Below are positions 1 through 10,396 of a stretch of 64,000 bases of DNA, in pieces (the first letter of the stretch is position 1; the number at the start of each line of letters is the position of its first letter). Made by a program: the position numbers and the translations under genes. The notes under the pieces were generated by a model. That model worked only from the letters and a program-made list of their open reading frames with translations. It made no database searches and was not told the origin of the DNA. Location: the NCBI GenBank assembly GCA_964579575.1, contig CAZOGL010000004.1, positions 8,888-72,887 of the forward strand, given 5' to 3'. The stretch comes from an uncultured Eggerthellaceae bacterium. Lineage in GTDB: Bacteria > Actinomycetota > Coriobacteriia > Coriobacteriales > Eggerthellaceae.

Positions 1-46
1 TTGAGGAACTCTCGCCTGGACTTGCGGATGTGGACCCCTCCCTTTG

Positions 47-236
47 CTACAGGAACTAACCTACAGGAACTAAGTTTGTTCGCTCGTGGCGGGTTGGGAT
101 GCTTCGAGATGCTTTGTTCTCCAAAGCGGGTCAAAATTGCCGCTAGTCGCCCTCGTGAATCGAGATGCTTTGTTCGCTGTAGTTGGCCAAAATCGTTGCT
201 TGTTGCCCTCGTGAATCGGAATTGCTGCTAGTCGAC
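47..236. repeat. Degenerate tandem repeats abutting the 3' end of the GNAT gene: 14-bp x2 at 47-74, 56-bp units at 106-161 and 162-217, partial third unit at 218-236
   Basis: Adjacent copies ctacaggaactaaC / ctacaggaactaaG. The two 56-nt units share identical ends (gagatgctttgttc ... ccctcgtgaatc) and roughly three quarters of positions. attgccgctagtcgcc (135-150) recurs as attgctgctagtcgac (221-236), which carries the GNAT stop codon on the - strand. Confidence 0.8.
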
Positions 237-692
237 GTAGTGCAGGATGTTTTCCTTGTTTAGCATGAACTCATACGAGTTGAGATCCTCTCGCGGCGTC
301 CATCCGATACTTTTCCAAAAGGCGTTGCCGCCTTCGTTGTCGTTAAACGCGACGAGCATGGCCTTGCTGATTCCCTCTTCGACAAGCGCTGCAAGACAAA
401 ATCTCACCATAGTGTGGCCGAGCCCGTGTTTGCGATATTCGGGCTCAACGCAGACGTGATAGAACGTCGCTTGCCGTCCGTCGTGTCCGCAAAGGATGCT
501 TCCGACGATCTTGTCGCCGTCAAGAGCCACCACGCTCGTCGTGGGGTTTCGCTGTAAAAAGCGCGCGACATAGGGGTAGGAGTCGTCAAGAGAGCGTACG
601 GCAAAGCCGGACATCCGCTCCCAAAGGGCGTGAACCTGCTCATAATCTTCTTTCACCATTGCGCGCAGTACGATATTGTTTTTCTTAGTCAT
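228..692 (-). CDS. GNAT family N-acetyltransferase
   Basis: 154-aa ORF with an acetyl-CoA binding core typical of GNATs (HVCVEPEYRKHGLGHTM). Confidence 0.85.
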   Translation of the reverse strand: MTKKNNIVLRAMVKEDYEQVHALWERMSGFAVRSLDDSYPYVARFLQRNPTTSVVALDGDKIVGSILCGHDGRQATFYHVCVEPEYRKHGLGHTMVRFCLAALVEEGISKAMLVAFNDNEGGNAFWKSIGWTPREDLNSYEFMLNKENILHYVD

Positions 693-864
693 GTGAGCCC
701 CTTTTTTAAATCGCGTTTTTTGTAGTACAACGTGGTCAAGGCGGGGGAGAGCTTACCGATTGAATCGCTCCCAGAATTTTGTGCTAGCCAAAGCGGCTAT
801 CTCATGGTATAAGTATACATGAGCGTGCTTAAGGGCACGCGAAATACTTTCGACGTTGTGGGAA

Positions 865-890
865 GTGGGCAGTGCCCGCTTTCTTTTGTT
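865..890 (+). terminator. Candidate intrinsic terminator/attenuator in the rimP-nusA-infB leader
   Basis: Hairpin gtgggcaGTGcccgc (6 bp, 3-nt loop) followed by tttcttttgtt, about 30 nt upstream of the rimP start. No + strand gene lies upstream for it to terminate. Confidence 0.4.
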
Positions 891-918
891 ATAGGGCTGT
901 TTTGAGAAGGGAGGACAT

Positions 919-1389
919 GTGCTGACCGCAAGCGAACAAAAGCTTTTGGATGCTCTTGAGCCCCGTTCGGTTCAGGAAGGCGTCGAGGTTATCACCGTAG
1001 AGGTCGTCGGATCAAAAAAGTCTCCCACGATTCGCGTCTACATTGACGCTGAGGGGGGCATAAGCTTCGATGAGCTTGCAAAGGCCCAAGTTTGGGTCAA
1101 CGAGATCATGGATGCTATCGATCCCTTCCCAGGCGCGTATGTGCTTGAGGTCTCTTCTCCCGGCATCGATCGTCCTTTGAGAACCCCTGCGCATTTCAAC
1201 GCATTTGCGGGGAAGACCGCAACGGTGAAAACGACGGGCAAGGTCGATGGGTCGAGCAACTTCACGGGAACCATCGTCAGGGCTGATGAGAACGTCGTCG
1301 TCCTCCGATGTGAGAACGGCGAGATTGAGATTCCTGTTGAGAAGATCAAGCGTGCCCGTTTGAAAGGCGAGATCAACTTCAAGCGCTAA
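919..1389 (+). CDS. rimP: Ribosome maturation factor RimP
   Basis: 156 aa, GTG start after GGGAGG. Conserved position directly upstream of nusA. Motif LEVSSPGIDRPL. Confidence 0.9.
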   Translation: MLTASEQKLLDALEPRSVQEGVEVITVEVVGSKKSPTIRVYIDAEGGISFDELAKAQVWVNEIMDAIDPFPGAYVLEVSSPGIDRPLRTPAHFNAFAGKTATVKTTGKVDGSSNFTGTIVRADENVVVLRCENGEIEIPVEKIKRARLKGEINFKR

Positions 1390-1492
1390 CGCGCACGGTT
1401 TGTCCTGTTAAACGCAGGAAGAGTAGTGGTAAAGAGGGAGTTTTCCCATGTGAATCCAGGCGATTTGCGTCTGGCAGAAGAAAGGAAGCGTT

Positions 1493-2716
1493 GTGGCAAG
1501 TTCCGAACTTATCGAGGCCCTCCAGGCCTTGGCCCATGAGCGTAAGATTGACGAGTTCTATCTCATCGAGCGCCTTGAGGCGTCTTTGGCTAAGAGCTAT
1601 CAGCATATCTTGGATTTGGAGTGGGACGCGCGTGTCATCATCGACCGTAACACGGGCAAGATTTATGTGTACGAGCTCGTTCCAGTAGGGGAGCCCGATG
1701 AGGAGACCGGCGAGTACTCCGAGTTCGAGGAGCGCGACGTCACGCCCGATAACGTGAGCCGTATCGCCGCCCAACAGGCAAAGAGCGTCATCAGCAGCCT
1801 CGTGCGTGAGGCAGGTCGCCAATCCATCTACCGCGAGTTCGCAGATCGCGTTGGCGACCTTGTCACGGGTACGGTCTTGCAGGGAACGCCCGAATTCACC
1901 ATCATCAAGATTCGCGACGGTGTTGAGGCTGAGCTTCCCCATTACGACCTCAAGCGTAACCCCGGCGAGCGAAACGAACGTCCCGCCAACGAGCGCTATC
2001 GTCACAATCAGCGTCTCCATGTAATTATCATCGGTGTCCGCGACCCGCTCAACGATGCGAATACGCAAGGCGGTAAGGGCAAGAACGACTTGGGCCGTCC
2101 GTCCATTGTCGTCTCGCGTACCCACCCGGATCTGATTCGCCGACTCTTTGAGATGGAGGTCCCGGAGATCTACGACGGGCTTGTCGAGATCAAGTCCATT
2201 GCTCGCGAGCCTGGCGTGCGTTCCAAGGTTGCCGTTTCCTCTCGTGAGTCGAACCTCGATCCCGTTGGCGCCTGCGTCGGACCTCGCGGTAGCCGTGTCC
2301 GCAATGTCGTCGAGGAGCTTCGCAACGAGCGTGTCGACGTGATCCAATGGAGCGACGATCCTGCGAAGTATGTTGCCAACGCCTTGTCCCCGGCGAAGGT
2401 CTCCCAGGTCATCGTTGACGAGGATAACCATTACGCCACGGTTGTCGTACCGGACGACCAACTGTCCCTCGCCATCGGTAAGGAAGGCCAAAATGCCCGC
2501 CTTGCCGCCCGCCTGACCGGTTGGCACATCGACATCAAGTCGTCCAACTTCGGTGGTGAGCCCCTTCTCATCGATGAGGTTGATGACGAGGATGGCGAGG
2601 CCGAAGAGGGTTTGGTCATTTGTGCGTATGAGAACGAGGAAGGCATCCGTTGCCGCAACCACGCCCGTCCGGGTTCAAGGTTTTGCGGCGTGCATGCTGC
2701 CCAGGATGAGAACTAG
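1493..2716 (+). CDS. nusA: Transcription termination/antitermination factor NusA
   Basis: 407 aa with N-terminal, S1 and two KH domains ([20 protein letters not shown]). GTG start after AAAGGAAG. Carries an unusual Cys/His C-terminal tail. Confidence 0.95.
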   Translation: MASSELIEALQALAHERKIDEFYLIERLEASLAKSYQHILDLEWDARVIIDRNTGKIYVYELVPVGEPDEETGEYSEFEERDVTPDNVSRIAAQQAKSVISSLVREAGRQSIYREFADRVGDLVTGTVLQGTPEFTIIKIRDGVEAELPHYDLKRNPGERNERPANERYRHNQRLHVIIIGVRDPLNDANTQGGKGKNDLGRPSIVVSRTHPDLIRRLFEMEVPEIYDGLVEIKSIAREPGVRSKVAVSSRESNLDPVGACVGPRGSRVRNVVEELRNERVDVIQWSDDPAKYVANALSPAKVSQVIVDEDNHYATVVVPDDQLSLAIGKEGQNARLAARLTGWHIDIKSSNFGGEPLLIDEVDDEDGEAEEGLVICAYENEEGIRCRNHARPGSRFCGVHAAQDEN

Positions 2717-2754
2717 CGTTTAAACGGGCGAGTTAGAACGGCAGGAATTACACC

Positions 2755-3045
2755 ATGCAACAAGCGACGGAAAGGAAGAACGTACGAACCTGCATTGCAT
2801 GCGGCGAGAGCGAGCGTAAAAGCGCTTTGCATCGCATTGTGCGAAACGCAGACGGTTCGGTCTCCTTTGACCCGACTGGCAAAGCGGCCGGTCGCGGTGC
2901 CTACGTGTGTGGTGAGTCTTGCCTTGCCTCTGCTCGCAAGACCGACAAGTTGAGCCGTGCGCTTCGGTGCAAGGTAAGCGATATGGATTACGAGCAGATT
3001 GCGAACGACCTGGTGCAGGTCGTCGCGGCGAGCCCGATGGAATAG
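2755..3045 (+). CDS. ylxR: YlxR/RnpM family (DUF448) RNA-binding protein
   Basis: 96 aa. RTCIACGESERKSALHRIV motif and canonical nusA-ylxR-infB position. Confidence 0.85.
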   Translation: MQQATERKNVRTCIACGESERKSALHRIVRNADGSVSFDPTGKAAGRGAYVCGESCLASARKTDKLSRALRCKVSDMDYEQIANDLVQVVAASPME

Positions 3046-3054
3046 GAGTGGTAT

Positions 3055-5838
3055 ATGGCTGGAATGCGTGTACATGAGTTGGCCAAGGAATACGGTTTGT
3101 CCAGCAAGGAGATGCTTGACAAGCTTGCTGAGCTGAAGATTCCCGCTAAAACCCATGCAAGTATGCTTGCTGGTGCCTATGTGGATAAGATTCGTGCCGC
3201 CATGGGCCCTGCGATCTCCGAGGGAGCGGATGCTTCTGAGGTTGTTGTCGTGGATGAGGCCAAAAAGGCAGAGGAGGAACGTCAGCGCGCCGAGCAGGCT
3301 GAGCGTCGTGCTGCTGTCGAGGCGGAGCGTGCGGCTCGCGAGGCGGAGCGCGCGAAGCGCAACCAGGATGTTGCCGTTCCCGCAAAGGAGGAGAAGGCCA
3401 CAAAGCCCGCTCCCAAGAAAAGGTCAATCTTTGATAGCCTGAACGAGCAAATCGAGGCGGAGCAAGAGCGTCAACGCGTCGAGCAGGCTGAGCGTGCAGC
3501 TCGCGCAAAGGCTGAGGCGATTGCCCGTGAGGTGGCCAAGAAGCAAGCAGTCGAGGCAAGTCTTCGTGAGCGTGGCAACAAGCAACAGGCGCATGGTGCT
3601 CAAACCGAGCAGCATAAGCCCAAGCCGGTTGCGACGGCGAAGCCCGCGAAGTCGAATTTCTCGAGTTTGCTTTCCCAAATAGAGTCCGAGAAGCAGCGCA
3701 TGGATGCCGCCAAGGAGCAAAAGCGGGCTGCTAAGGGTAATCAAAACAAGCGCGATAATGCTCGTCAGGACCGCAACGGTAACACTCAGACTCAAAATCA
3801 GGGCAAGAAGGGTCGCAACAAGAGGACCCCGAACACCTATGAGCCCGACGTGCCGGAGCTTTCCTCCAAGGAGGAGAGCGGGGAAGACCGCTATGCCCAA
3901 ATGGCTGTGCAGGCCGAGAAGCTCCAACGCGACAAGGTCCTCGCCGAGGCGCGCGCGGCAGTCGCTGCGGCAAGCGCAAACGAGAACGAGGGCCGTCGTA
4001 AGAGCCGCAAGAAGAAGCGCGAGGCTGAGAAGCGTGAAAAGCTCGTTGCCCAGGCGGAGGAGCGCGGTATCGACGCGGCTTTGCTGCTTGATGACTCCGT
4101 CGTCGAGATTCCGCAAGGTGCGACGGTCGCCAAGTTTGCGGAGTTGCTCAATGTCGCTCCGAACGATGTCATCAAGAGGTTGTTCCTTCTCGGTCAGATG
4201 ATGACCCTGACCCAATCCATGAGCGATGACATGATCGAGCTCATCGCGGACGACATGGGTCGCAAGGTGCGCGTCGTTTCTCCTGAAGAGGAGTTTGCCG
4301 TTGTGTACCATGACACCGAGGACGAGTTGAAGCATCGTCCGCCGGTCGTCACCGTCATGGGTCATGTTGATCATGGCAAGACCTCCCTGCTCGACGCTAT
4401 CCGCGATACAGGTGTTGCTGAGGGTGAGGCAGGCGGCATCACTCAACATATCGGCGCTTCGGTCGTCAACATCAACGGAAACCAGATCACCTTCATCGAC
4501 ACCCCTGGCCACGAGGCGTTTACCGCGATGCGTGCTCGCGGTGCGCAGGTCACGGACGTCATTGTCCTGGTCGTAGCCGCTGACGACGGCGTCATGCCCC
4601 AGACCATTGAGGCTATCAACCACGCCAAGGCCGCCAACGTACCTATCGTTGTCGCCGTCAACAAGATCGACAAGGACGGGGCCAATCCCGATCGCGTTCG
4701 TCAAATGCTTACCGAGTACGATGTCGTGCCCGAGGAGTGGGGCGGACAAAACATGTTTGTCAATGTCTCCGCCAAGAAGAAGATTGGTATTGATGAGCTC
4801 CTTGAAACCATCATCCTCCAGGCGGAGGTCCTTGAGCTCAAGGCAAACCCCGACGCGCTTGCAAGCGGCTTTGTCATCGAGGCAAACCTTGACAAGGGAC
4901 GAGGGCCTGTCGCTACCGTCCTTGTAGACCGTGGTACGCTTCACCCCGGTGACACCGTCGTCGCCGGTACGAGTTGGGGTCGCGTCCGCGCCCTTTTGGA
5001 TCCCCGCGGAAAGAATGTCAAGCAGGCGGTGCCTGCTGACCCGGTCGAGATCCTTGGTTTGAACTCCGTTCCCACTGCGGGCGATGAGTTCCGCGTCTTC
5101 GAGGATGAGCGCGATGCCCGCAAGCTCGCGGAGGAGCGTGCGCTTCGTGCACGTCTTGCCGCCCAAGAGGCAAAGAGCCATATGAGCCTCGATGATTTGT
5201 TCAACCGTATTGAGGAAGGCAAGCAAACCGACCTCAACCTCATCGTCAAGGCTGACGTACAAGGCTCCATCGAAGCGCTTCGCGGGGCGTTCGAGAAGAT
5301 GGATCAATCCGAGGTCCGTATCAACATCGTCCACGCTGCGGTCGGCGGAATCACCGAGACCGACGTCACGCTTGCAGCAGCATCCGATGCCATCATCATC
5401 GGATTTAACGTCCGTCCCACCGGTAAGTCCAAGCAACAAGCCGAGAAGGAACGTGTCGACATCCGTATGTATCGTGTCATCTACGAGGCGATTGAGGAGA
5501 TTAACCAGGCTCGTGTCGGTCTCTTGAGCCCCGAGATCGTCGAGCAGGATACGGGCATAGCCGAGATCCGAGAGACCTTCAAGGTTCCCAAGGTCGGTAC
5601 GATTGCCGGTTGCTATGTCACCGAGGGCGAGATCTCTCGTGACGACCGTGTTCGCATCGTCCGTGAGGGTACAGTTATTTTCGAGGGCGTCATCGAGTCT
5701 TTGCGTCGATTCAAGGACGACGTTAAATCCGTTAAGCAATCCTACGAGTGTGGTATCGGCATCAAGGGTTACCAAGATATCAAGGTTGGCGACACTATCG
5801 AAGGATTCAAGAAGGTCGAGGTCGAGCGCACGGAGTAA
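3055..5838 (+). CDS. infB: Translation initiation factor IF-2
   Basis: 927 aa. Charged low-complexity N-terminus, then a GTPase domain ([24 protein letters not shown]). Confidence 0.97.
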   Translation: MAGMRVHELAKEYGLSSKEMLDKLAELKIPAKTHASMLAGAYVDKIRAAMGPAISEGADASEVVVVDEAKKAEEERQRAEQAERRAAVEAERAAREAERAKRNQDVAVPAKEEKATKPAPKKRSIFDSLNEQIEAEQERQRVEQAERAARAKAEAIAREVAKKQAVEASLRERGNKQQAHGAQTEQHKPKPVATAKPAKSNFSSLLSQIESEKQRMDAAKEQKRAAKGNQNKRDNARQDRNGNTQTQNQGKKGRNKRTPNTYEPDVPELSSKEESGEDRYAQMAVQAEKLQRDKVLAEARAAVAAASANENEGRRKSRKKKREAEKREKLVAQAEERGIDAALLLDDSVVEIPQGATVAKFAELLNVAPNDVIKRLFLLGQMMTLTQSMSDDMIELIADDMGRKVRVVSPEEEFAVVYHDTEDELKHRPPVVTVMGHVDHGKTSLLDAIRDTGVAEGEAGGITQHIGASVVNINGNQITFIDTPGHEAFTAMRARGAQVTDVIVLVVAADDGVMPQTIEAINHAKAANVPIVVAVNKIDKDGANPDRVRQMLTEYDVVPEEWGGQNMFVNVSAKKKIGIDELLETIILQAEVLELKANPDALASGFVIEANLDKGRGPVATVLVDRGTLHPGDTVVAGTSWGRVRALLDPRGKNVKQAVPADPVEILGLNSVPTAGDEFRVFEDERDARKLAEERALRARLAAQEAKSHMSLDDLFNRIEEGKQTDLNLIVKADVQGSIEALRGAFEKMDQSEVRINIVHAAVGGITETDVTLAAASDAIIIGFNVRPTGKSKQQAEKERVDIRMYRVIYEAIEEINQARVGLLSPEIVEQDTGIAEIRETFKVPKVGTIAGCYVTEGEISRDDRVRIVREGTVIFEGVIESLRRFKDDVKSVKQSYECGIGIKGYQDIKVGDTIEGFKKVEVERTE

Positions 5839-5884
5839 TCTTGACCGCGCAAGCTGACCGGCGGCCAATTTCGTCAAACAAAAC

Positions 5885-5918
5885 GCCTGCGGTTGCCTTT
5901 GTGCGCCGCAGGCATTTT
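5885..5918 (+). terminator. Hairpin between infB and rbfA (partial terminator or processing site)
   Basis: gcctgcgg (5885-5892) pairs with ccgcaggc (5906-5913), followed by atttt. Confidence 0.3.
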
Positions 5919-5937
5919 CGATATAGAGGAGGTACCT

Positions 5938-6339
5938 ATGAAACAAGGTTCTTCTAACAGACGGGTGAACGCTCAGGCCCAAGAGGTTATCGCCTCTATC
6001 CTGCTGTTCGAGATTTCGGACCCTCGTCTTTCCCTGGTGACCATCACTGGATGTGAAGTTTCCTACGATCGCGCGGCGTGCAACGTCTTTTACTCGGCCC
6101 CGCGCGGTGAGTATGAGTCCGTCGAGACCGCCTTCAAGAAGGCAAATGGGCGCATTCGCTCGTGTATGGCACGAAAGTTGTCGTGGCGTGTGGCGCCTGA
6201 GCTGCGCTTCATCCTCGATACGTCGGTTGACGAGGCCGAGCGAATCGGACGGGCTTTGCAATTTGAGTCCGACCGCGAGCCTGTCGCGGATTTCGACGAG
6301 TCTAACTACAAGATGTACGACGATCGTGATGAGGAATAG
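5938..6339 (+). CDS. rbfA: Ribosome-binding factor A
   Basis: The ORF track starts at 5893, but the ATG at 5938 follows AGAGGAGG. Conserved position after infB. Confidence 0.9.
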   Translation: MKQGSSNRRVNAQAQEVIASILLFEISDPRLSLVTITGCEVSYDRAACNVFYSAPRGEYESVETAFKKANGRIRSCMARKLSWRVAPELRFILDTSVDEAERIGRALQFESDREPVADFDESNYKMYDDRDEE

Positions 6340-6341
6340 CC

Positions 6342-7346
6342 ATGGCGATTACTCCTCAGACAAACACAACGCTCGAGAAAATCGCGTTGGCGCTCAAAGA
6401 TGCTGACGATATCGTTATCGGGGGGCATATCTCACCTGATGGGGATTGCCTTGGCAGTCAGCTCGGTCTTGCGTGCGCATTGCGTCAACTCGGCAAGAAT
6501 GTAACTTGCACTCTTGCGTCGGAGGCCCCGCTCGATCCCGGTCTTCTCTTCTTGCCGGGTTCTGGCGAGTTGGTGTATGCGGGCTTGCCGCAACGTCGAC
6601 CAAAGACCTTTGTCGCGGTGGATGTGCCCACAAGAGATCGCCTTGGTGAGGTCCAATGGAAGCTTCACGAGAAAGCGTCGCTTACTATCACCATCGACCA
6701 CCATGCGGTGGATTCCCGTATGGCTGCCCTGTCCTACACCGACCCGGATGCGGCGAGTTGCTCCATGCTTGTCTGGGAGGTCGCGAAGCATCTCGGCGTC
6801 ACGCTTGAGGGCGATGTTGCCACTTGCACCTATACGGGACTGATGACCGACACGGGCAGCTTCCGCAACCAAAACGCCGACGCCCGGGCATTTGCGGCTG
6901 CAGCCGAGATGGTGGCGGCAGGTGCGGATGCCGGTGGTATCGCCTCGAACGTGTACCAAAGCAGGACGATAGCGTCTTTGCGTCTCGAGGCACGGGTGGT
7001 CGAACGTATGCGATTTGCGGCAAACGGCGGTTTCCTTATCTCCTACCTCACGTTGAAGGATTTTGAGGAAACGGGTGCGATGGTGGCTGACTCCGAGCAA
7101 TCGGTCTCCTTGCTTCGCTCTTTGGCGGGCGTGCGCGTCGCGTGTATGCTCAAAGAGGTTGAAGGTGCAAAGGGGGTCTTCATCAAGGGGAGCTTCCGAG
7201 CCAAAGATGATACCGATGTTCGCGAGATCGCCAGTCGCCATTCCGGCGGTGGGCATCGTGCTGCTGCCGGATTCAAGATGTTTTGCCCCATGGACCACGC
7301 CATCGAGCAACTTGTCGACGAGTTCGAAGAGCTCTTGGGCGCTTAA
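6342..7346 (+). CDS. nrnA: DHH/DHHA1 phosphoesterase, NrnA-like oligoribonuclease/pAp phosphatase
   Basis: 334 aa. DHH motifs (GHISPDGDCLGS, TIDHH) and DHHA1 GGGH. Confidence 0.85.
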   Translation: MAITPQTNTTLEKIALALKDADDIVIGGHISPDGDCLGSQLGLACALRQLGKNVTCTLASEAPLDPGLLFLPGSGELVYAGLPQRRPKTFVAVDVPTRDRLGEVQWKLHEKASLTITIDHHAVDSRMAALSYTDPDAASCSMLVWEVAKHLGVTLEGDVATCTYTGLMTDTGSFRNQNADARAFAAAAEMVAAGADAGGIASNVYQSRTIASLRLEARVVERMRFAANGGFLISYLTLKDFEETGAMVADSEQSVSLLRSLAGVRVACMLKEVEGAKGVFIKGSFRAKDDTDVREIASRHSGGGHRAAAGFKMFCPMDHAIEQLVDEFEELLGA

Positions 7347-7366
7347 GTCAAGGCAGATGATTAACC

Positions 7367-8374
7367 ATGGCAAAGAAAAGAGGAGAATCCGGCCTTTCCC
7401 TGCTTGTTGGGGTCGACAAACCGGTTGGAATGAGTTCCCATGATGTCGTGAACCAAGTCCGCAGGATTTTCGGGGAACGTCGCGTGGGCCACACGGGCAC
7501 CCTTGATCCCTTGGCGAGCGGAGCGATGTTGGTCTGTATCGGCCCCGCTACCCGTCTCGACAACTATATGGTCGGCCATGACAAGCGATACGTGGCTCGA
7601 ATCGTTTGGGGCTTTTCTACCGACACCGACGATGCTGAAGGGGAGGTCACCGCCAAAGGCGAGCTTCAAGATCGGTTGTTTGACGAGGATTTCGTGCGTC
7701 CTTTCGTTGCCTCTCTCGTAGGAGAGCACAAACAATTGCCGCCGGTGTACTCCGCGCTCAAGGTCAAAGGCAAGAAAGCTTGTGATGAGGCGCGTCGGGG
7801 CAATGTCATTACGTTGCAGCCTCGTGATATCACGATTCATGACGCGAGGCTTGTAGGCCTTGGTTCTTTGGACGATCCGTATTGGGATGTGGAACTTCAT
7901 GTGTCATCGGGCACCTATATACGCTCAATCGCGCGTGATGTCGGTATCGAGTTGGGGTGTCCAGCACACCTTGGGGTGCTTCGCCGAACGACGGTCGGTC
8001 TTCTCACCCTCGATGAATGTGTGAGCTTGGAAACTCTCGAGGACGTCGGAGTTCGCGCGGCTCTCGACCCCGTAGCCCTGCTTGGATTGCGTTTCTTGTA
8101 TGCAAGAGACGCAGATGAGGAGCATGTTTTACATGGGGGGCGTCTGTCCGCCCGTTTGCCGTTGTACGAGCGTTGTTGGTCGCGTCCCGATATGGAGCTT
8201 TGTGCCTGCACGTCCGGTGTTGTTGAGAGCCCAACTCCTCCGCATGATGGGGAACTCGTGTCTGTCATCGTCGGCACGACATTGGCCGCGCTATACGAGT
8301 TTGACGGTAAGAAGAATCGCTATCAGGCGAAGTGTGTGTTCAATGTGGGGGTGTCTCGTGGCCAAGGTCTATAA
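7367..8374 (+). CDS. truB: tRNA pseudouridine(55) synthase TruB
   Basis: 335 aa. Catalytic motif GHTGTLDPLASG. Confidence 0.93.
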   Translation: MAKKRGESGLSLLVGVDKPVGMSSHDVVNQVRRIFGERRVGHTGTLDPLASGAMLVCIGPATRLDNYMVGHDKRYVARIVWGFSTDTDDAEGEVTAKGELQDRLFDEDFVRPFVASLVGEHKQLPPVYSALKVKGKKACDEARRGNVITLQPRDITIHDARLVGLGSLDDPYWDVELHVSSGTYIRSIARDVGIELGCPAHLGVLRRTTVGLLTLDECVSLETLEDVGVRAALDPVALLGLRFLYARDADEEHVLHGGRLSARLPLYERCWSRPDMELCACTSGVVESPTPPHDGELVSVIVGTTLAALYEFDGKKNRYQAKCVFNVGVSRGQGL

Positions 8375-9281
8375 GTTCTCTTCGACGGATTTCGATCAAG
8401 GGCTGTTTGCGGGTTGCGCTTGTGCCTTTGGCGTTTTCGACGGGTTTCATGTCGGGCATCAATTCCTCGTCTCGAGCATGATTAATCGGGCACGTCGAGA
8501 CGGCGTGCGCTCTCTCATACTCACCTTTGATTGCGATCCTGACGAGTTGTTCCATCCTGAGAGTTTCCGAAAGATTATGACGGATGAGGAGCGCCTGTCG
8601 ATGCTTGCGTCCAGCGGCGTCGATCTTGTCGTCTCCCTACCTTTCGATTGGGCGTTTGCTGCGCTTTCTCCCCAAGAGTTTCTATTGCAAACATTTGGAG
8701 AATGCGCCCCCTCAAGCCTGCACGTCGGTTGTGATTTCCGTTTCGGGGTACGCGCCAGCGGGAACGTCGAGACGCTGCGCGATTGGGCGCGCTCCTCGAA
8801 TACCGATATCGTTCCCTACGAGCTACAACTTCGCGACGGGGCTCCGATTAGCGCTTCCCGCATCCGCGCTTTGCTCGCCGATTCTCGGATCAAGGAGGCA
8901 AACGAGTTATTGGGAAGGCGATATCGTGTGTCTGGCACGATCGTCTCCGGTCGCCGCCAGGGTCGTGACATGGGTTTTGCGACTGCGAACGTGAGCATCC
9001 CCGCTTTGCGGCAAACGCTCGGCGAGGGCGTGTATGCTGCCTATGGTTATTTGGAGGGAGAGCGCTACAAGGCTGCCGTTTCGATGGGGGCTTCTCCTAC
9101 CTTTGAAGAGGCGGAGTCCGTATGTGAGGCCCATCTTCTTGACTTCGATCGCGATGTGTATGGTTCTGAGTTGACACTGGAGTTTGTGGAGTTTCTCCGC
9201 CCCATGAAAAAGTTCGATTCTGTTGAAGAGCTCATAAAAGAAGTCATGGCAAACATTCAATGGTGTCGTGACAACCTGTAG
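8358..9281 (+). CDS. ribF: Bifunctional riboflavin kinase / FMN adenylyltransferase
   Basis: The track ORF starts at 8082 inside truB. Homology begins at VAKVYKF...GVFDGFHVGHQ, so I chose the GTG at 8358, which overlaps the truB stop. Confidence 0.88.
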   Translation: MAKVYKFSSTDFDQGLFAGCACAFGVFDGFHVGHQFLVSSMINRARRDGVRSLILTFDCDPDELFHPESFRKIMTDEERLSMLASSGVDLVVSLPFDWAFAALSPQEFLLQTFGECAPSSLHVGCDFRFGVRASGNVETLRDWARSSNTDIVPYELQLRDGAPISASRIRALLADSRIKEANELLGRRYRVSGTIVSGRRQGRDMGFATANVSIPALRQTLGEGVYAAYGYLEGERYKAAVSMGASPTFEEAESVCEAHLLDFDRDVYGSELTLEFVEFLRPMKKFDSVEELIKEVMANIQWCRDNL

Positions 9282-9306
9282 TACTTGTTCGGAAGGCGAG
9301 AACCCC

Positions 9307-10350
9307 ATGAATATTTGTCTTGACAACTTGCCGCGTTCGATCGAGCTTGTCCGTGCTGAGGACGGGGCGCCAGAGCTTGTCCTTCTTGACCAGCGCCTGC
9401 TTCCGCGAAAGGTCAGCTACCTTAAGACTCGGAGTTGGGAGGTGGTGGTTGACGCCATAAAAAACCTTGCGGTACGCGGAGCACCCGCCATCGGGGTCGC
9501 AGGCGCGGCGGCGATAGCGCTTTGGATTGCCTCTGAGGGGGCAAAGCCGACAGACCTTGCCGCCGTTGCCGATAAGGTAGCAAACGCGCGTCCGACCGCG
9601 GTGAACTTGAGTTGGGCCGTGAAGAAGACGTGTGAGGTGGCTACGCGTGAGTTGGAGGGCAAGGACTTGATCACGGAGAAGTCCATCGAGGCTCTCTTTG
9701 ATTACGTCAAGCTCTTGGAACAAGAAGACGAGCAGACCAACCGTGCCATTGGAGCCTATGGCGCCTCCTTGCTCAAGCGTCCTTCACGTGTGTTGACCCA
9801 TTGCAACGCGGGCAGTCTTGCCACGGTGTTTTTTGGCACCGCCCTGGGAGTCATCTATACGGCTGCTGAACAGGGAAACATTTTGCATGTCTATGCCGAT
9901 GAGACCCGTCCCGTTGGCCAAGGCGCGCGGCTTACCTCGTGGGAGCTTGCTCGTGCCGGCGTGCCCGTTACGGTTATTTGCGACAACATGGCGGCAAGTC
10001 TTATGGCACAAGGGAAGGTGGATGCCGTGTTCGTTGGCGCGGATCGCGTCGCGCGCAACGGCGATGCCGCGAACAAGATCGGTACCTATGGCGTTGCGGT
10101 TCTTGCGAACTATCACCATATCCCGTTCTATGTCTGTGCCCCCTTTTCCACGATTGACCCCGCTATCGAGGATGGGTCCCAGATACCCATAGAGCAACGA
10201 GCAGCGTGTGAGGTGATGGCTGAGCCCATCGATGGTGTCGAGGTGTGGAATCCCGCCTTTGATGTGACGCCCGCGTCCCTTATCACCGGCATCGTAACCG
10301 AGCGCGGTGTCTTTGCCCCGAAGGATTTGGAGGCTGCGCTCACTCGTTGA
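9307..10350 (+). CDS. mtnA: S-methyl-5-thioribose-1-phosphate isomerase family (eIF-2B-like) protein
   Basis: Motif GADRVARNGDAANKIGTY. ATG at 9307 after GGAAGG. The track ORF starts at 9268. Confidence 0.85.
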   Translation: MNICLDNLPRSIELVRAEDGAPELVLLDQRLLPRKVSYLKTRSWEVVVDAIKNLAVRGAPAIGVAGAAAIALWIASEGAKPTDLAAVADKVANARPTAVNLSWAVKKTCEVATRELEGKDLITEKSIEALFDYVKLLEQEDEQTNRAIGAYGASLLKRPSRVLTHCNAGSLATVFFGTALGVIYTAAEQGNILHVYADETRPVGQGARLTSWELARAGVPVTVICDNMAASLMAQGKVDAVFVGADRVARNGDAANKIGTYGVAVLANYHHIPFYVCAPFSTIDPAIEDGSQIPIEQRAACEVMAEPIDGVEVWNPAFDVTPASLITGIVTERGVFAPKDLEAALTR

Positions 10351-10396
10351 TTCCTTGTTTGGCGGTCTTGCGCGGTGGCGTTATAATCTCGAAGCT

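Noticed and set aside
1-231. 76-aa + strand ORF at the window start.
   Set aside because: It reads straight through the degenerate tandem repeats downstream of the GNAT gene, and it has no RBS or recognisable motif.
3424-6261. Very long ORFs antisense to conserved genes: 945 aa opposite infB, 427 aa opposite nusA (1379-2662), 399 aa opposite the ABC gene (27620-28819), 397 aa opposite dnaG (29551-30744), 477 aa opposite thiI (47113-48546), and others.
   Set aside because: Mirror-frame ORFs are expected in GC-rich DNA because stop codons are rare. Their translations are low-complexity (Leu/Arg/Asp/Gly-rich) with no recognisable motifs, whereas the sense strand encodes full-length, motif-complete housekeeping proteins.
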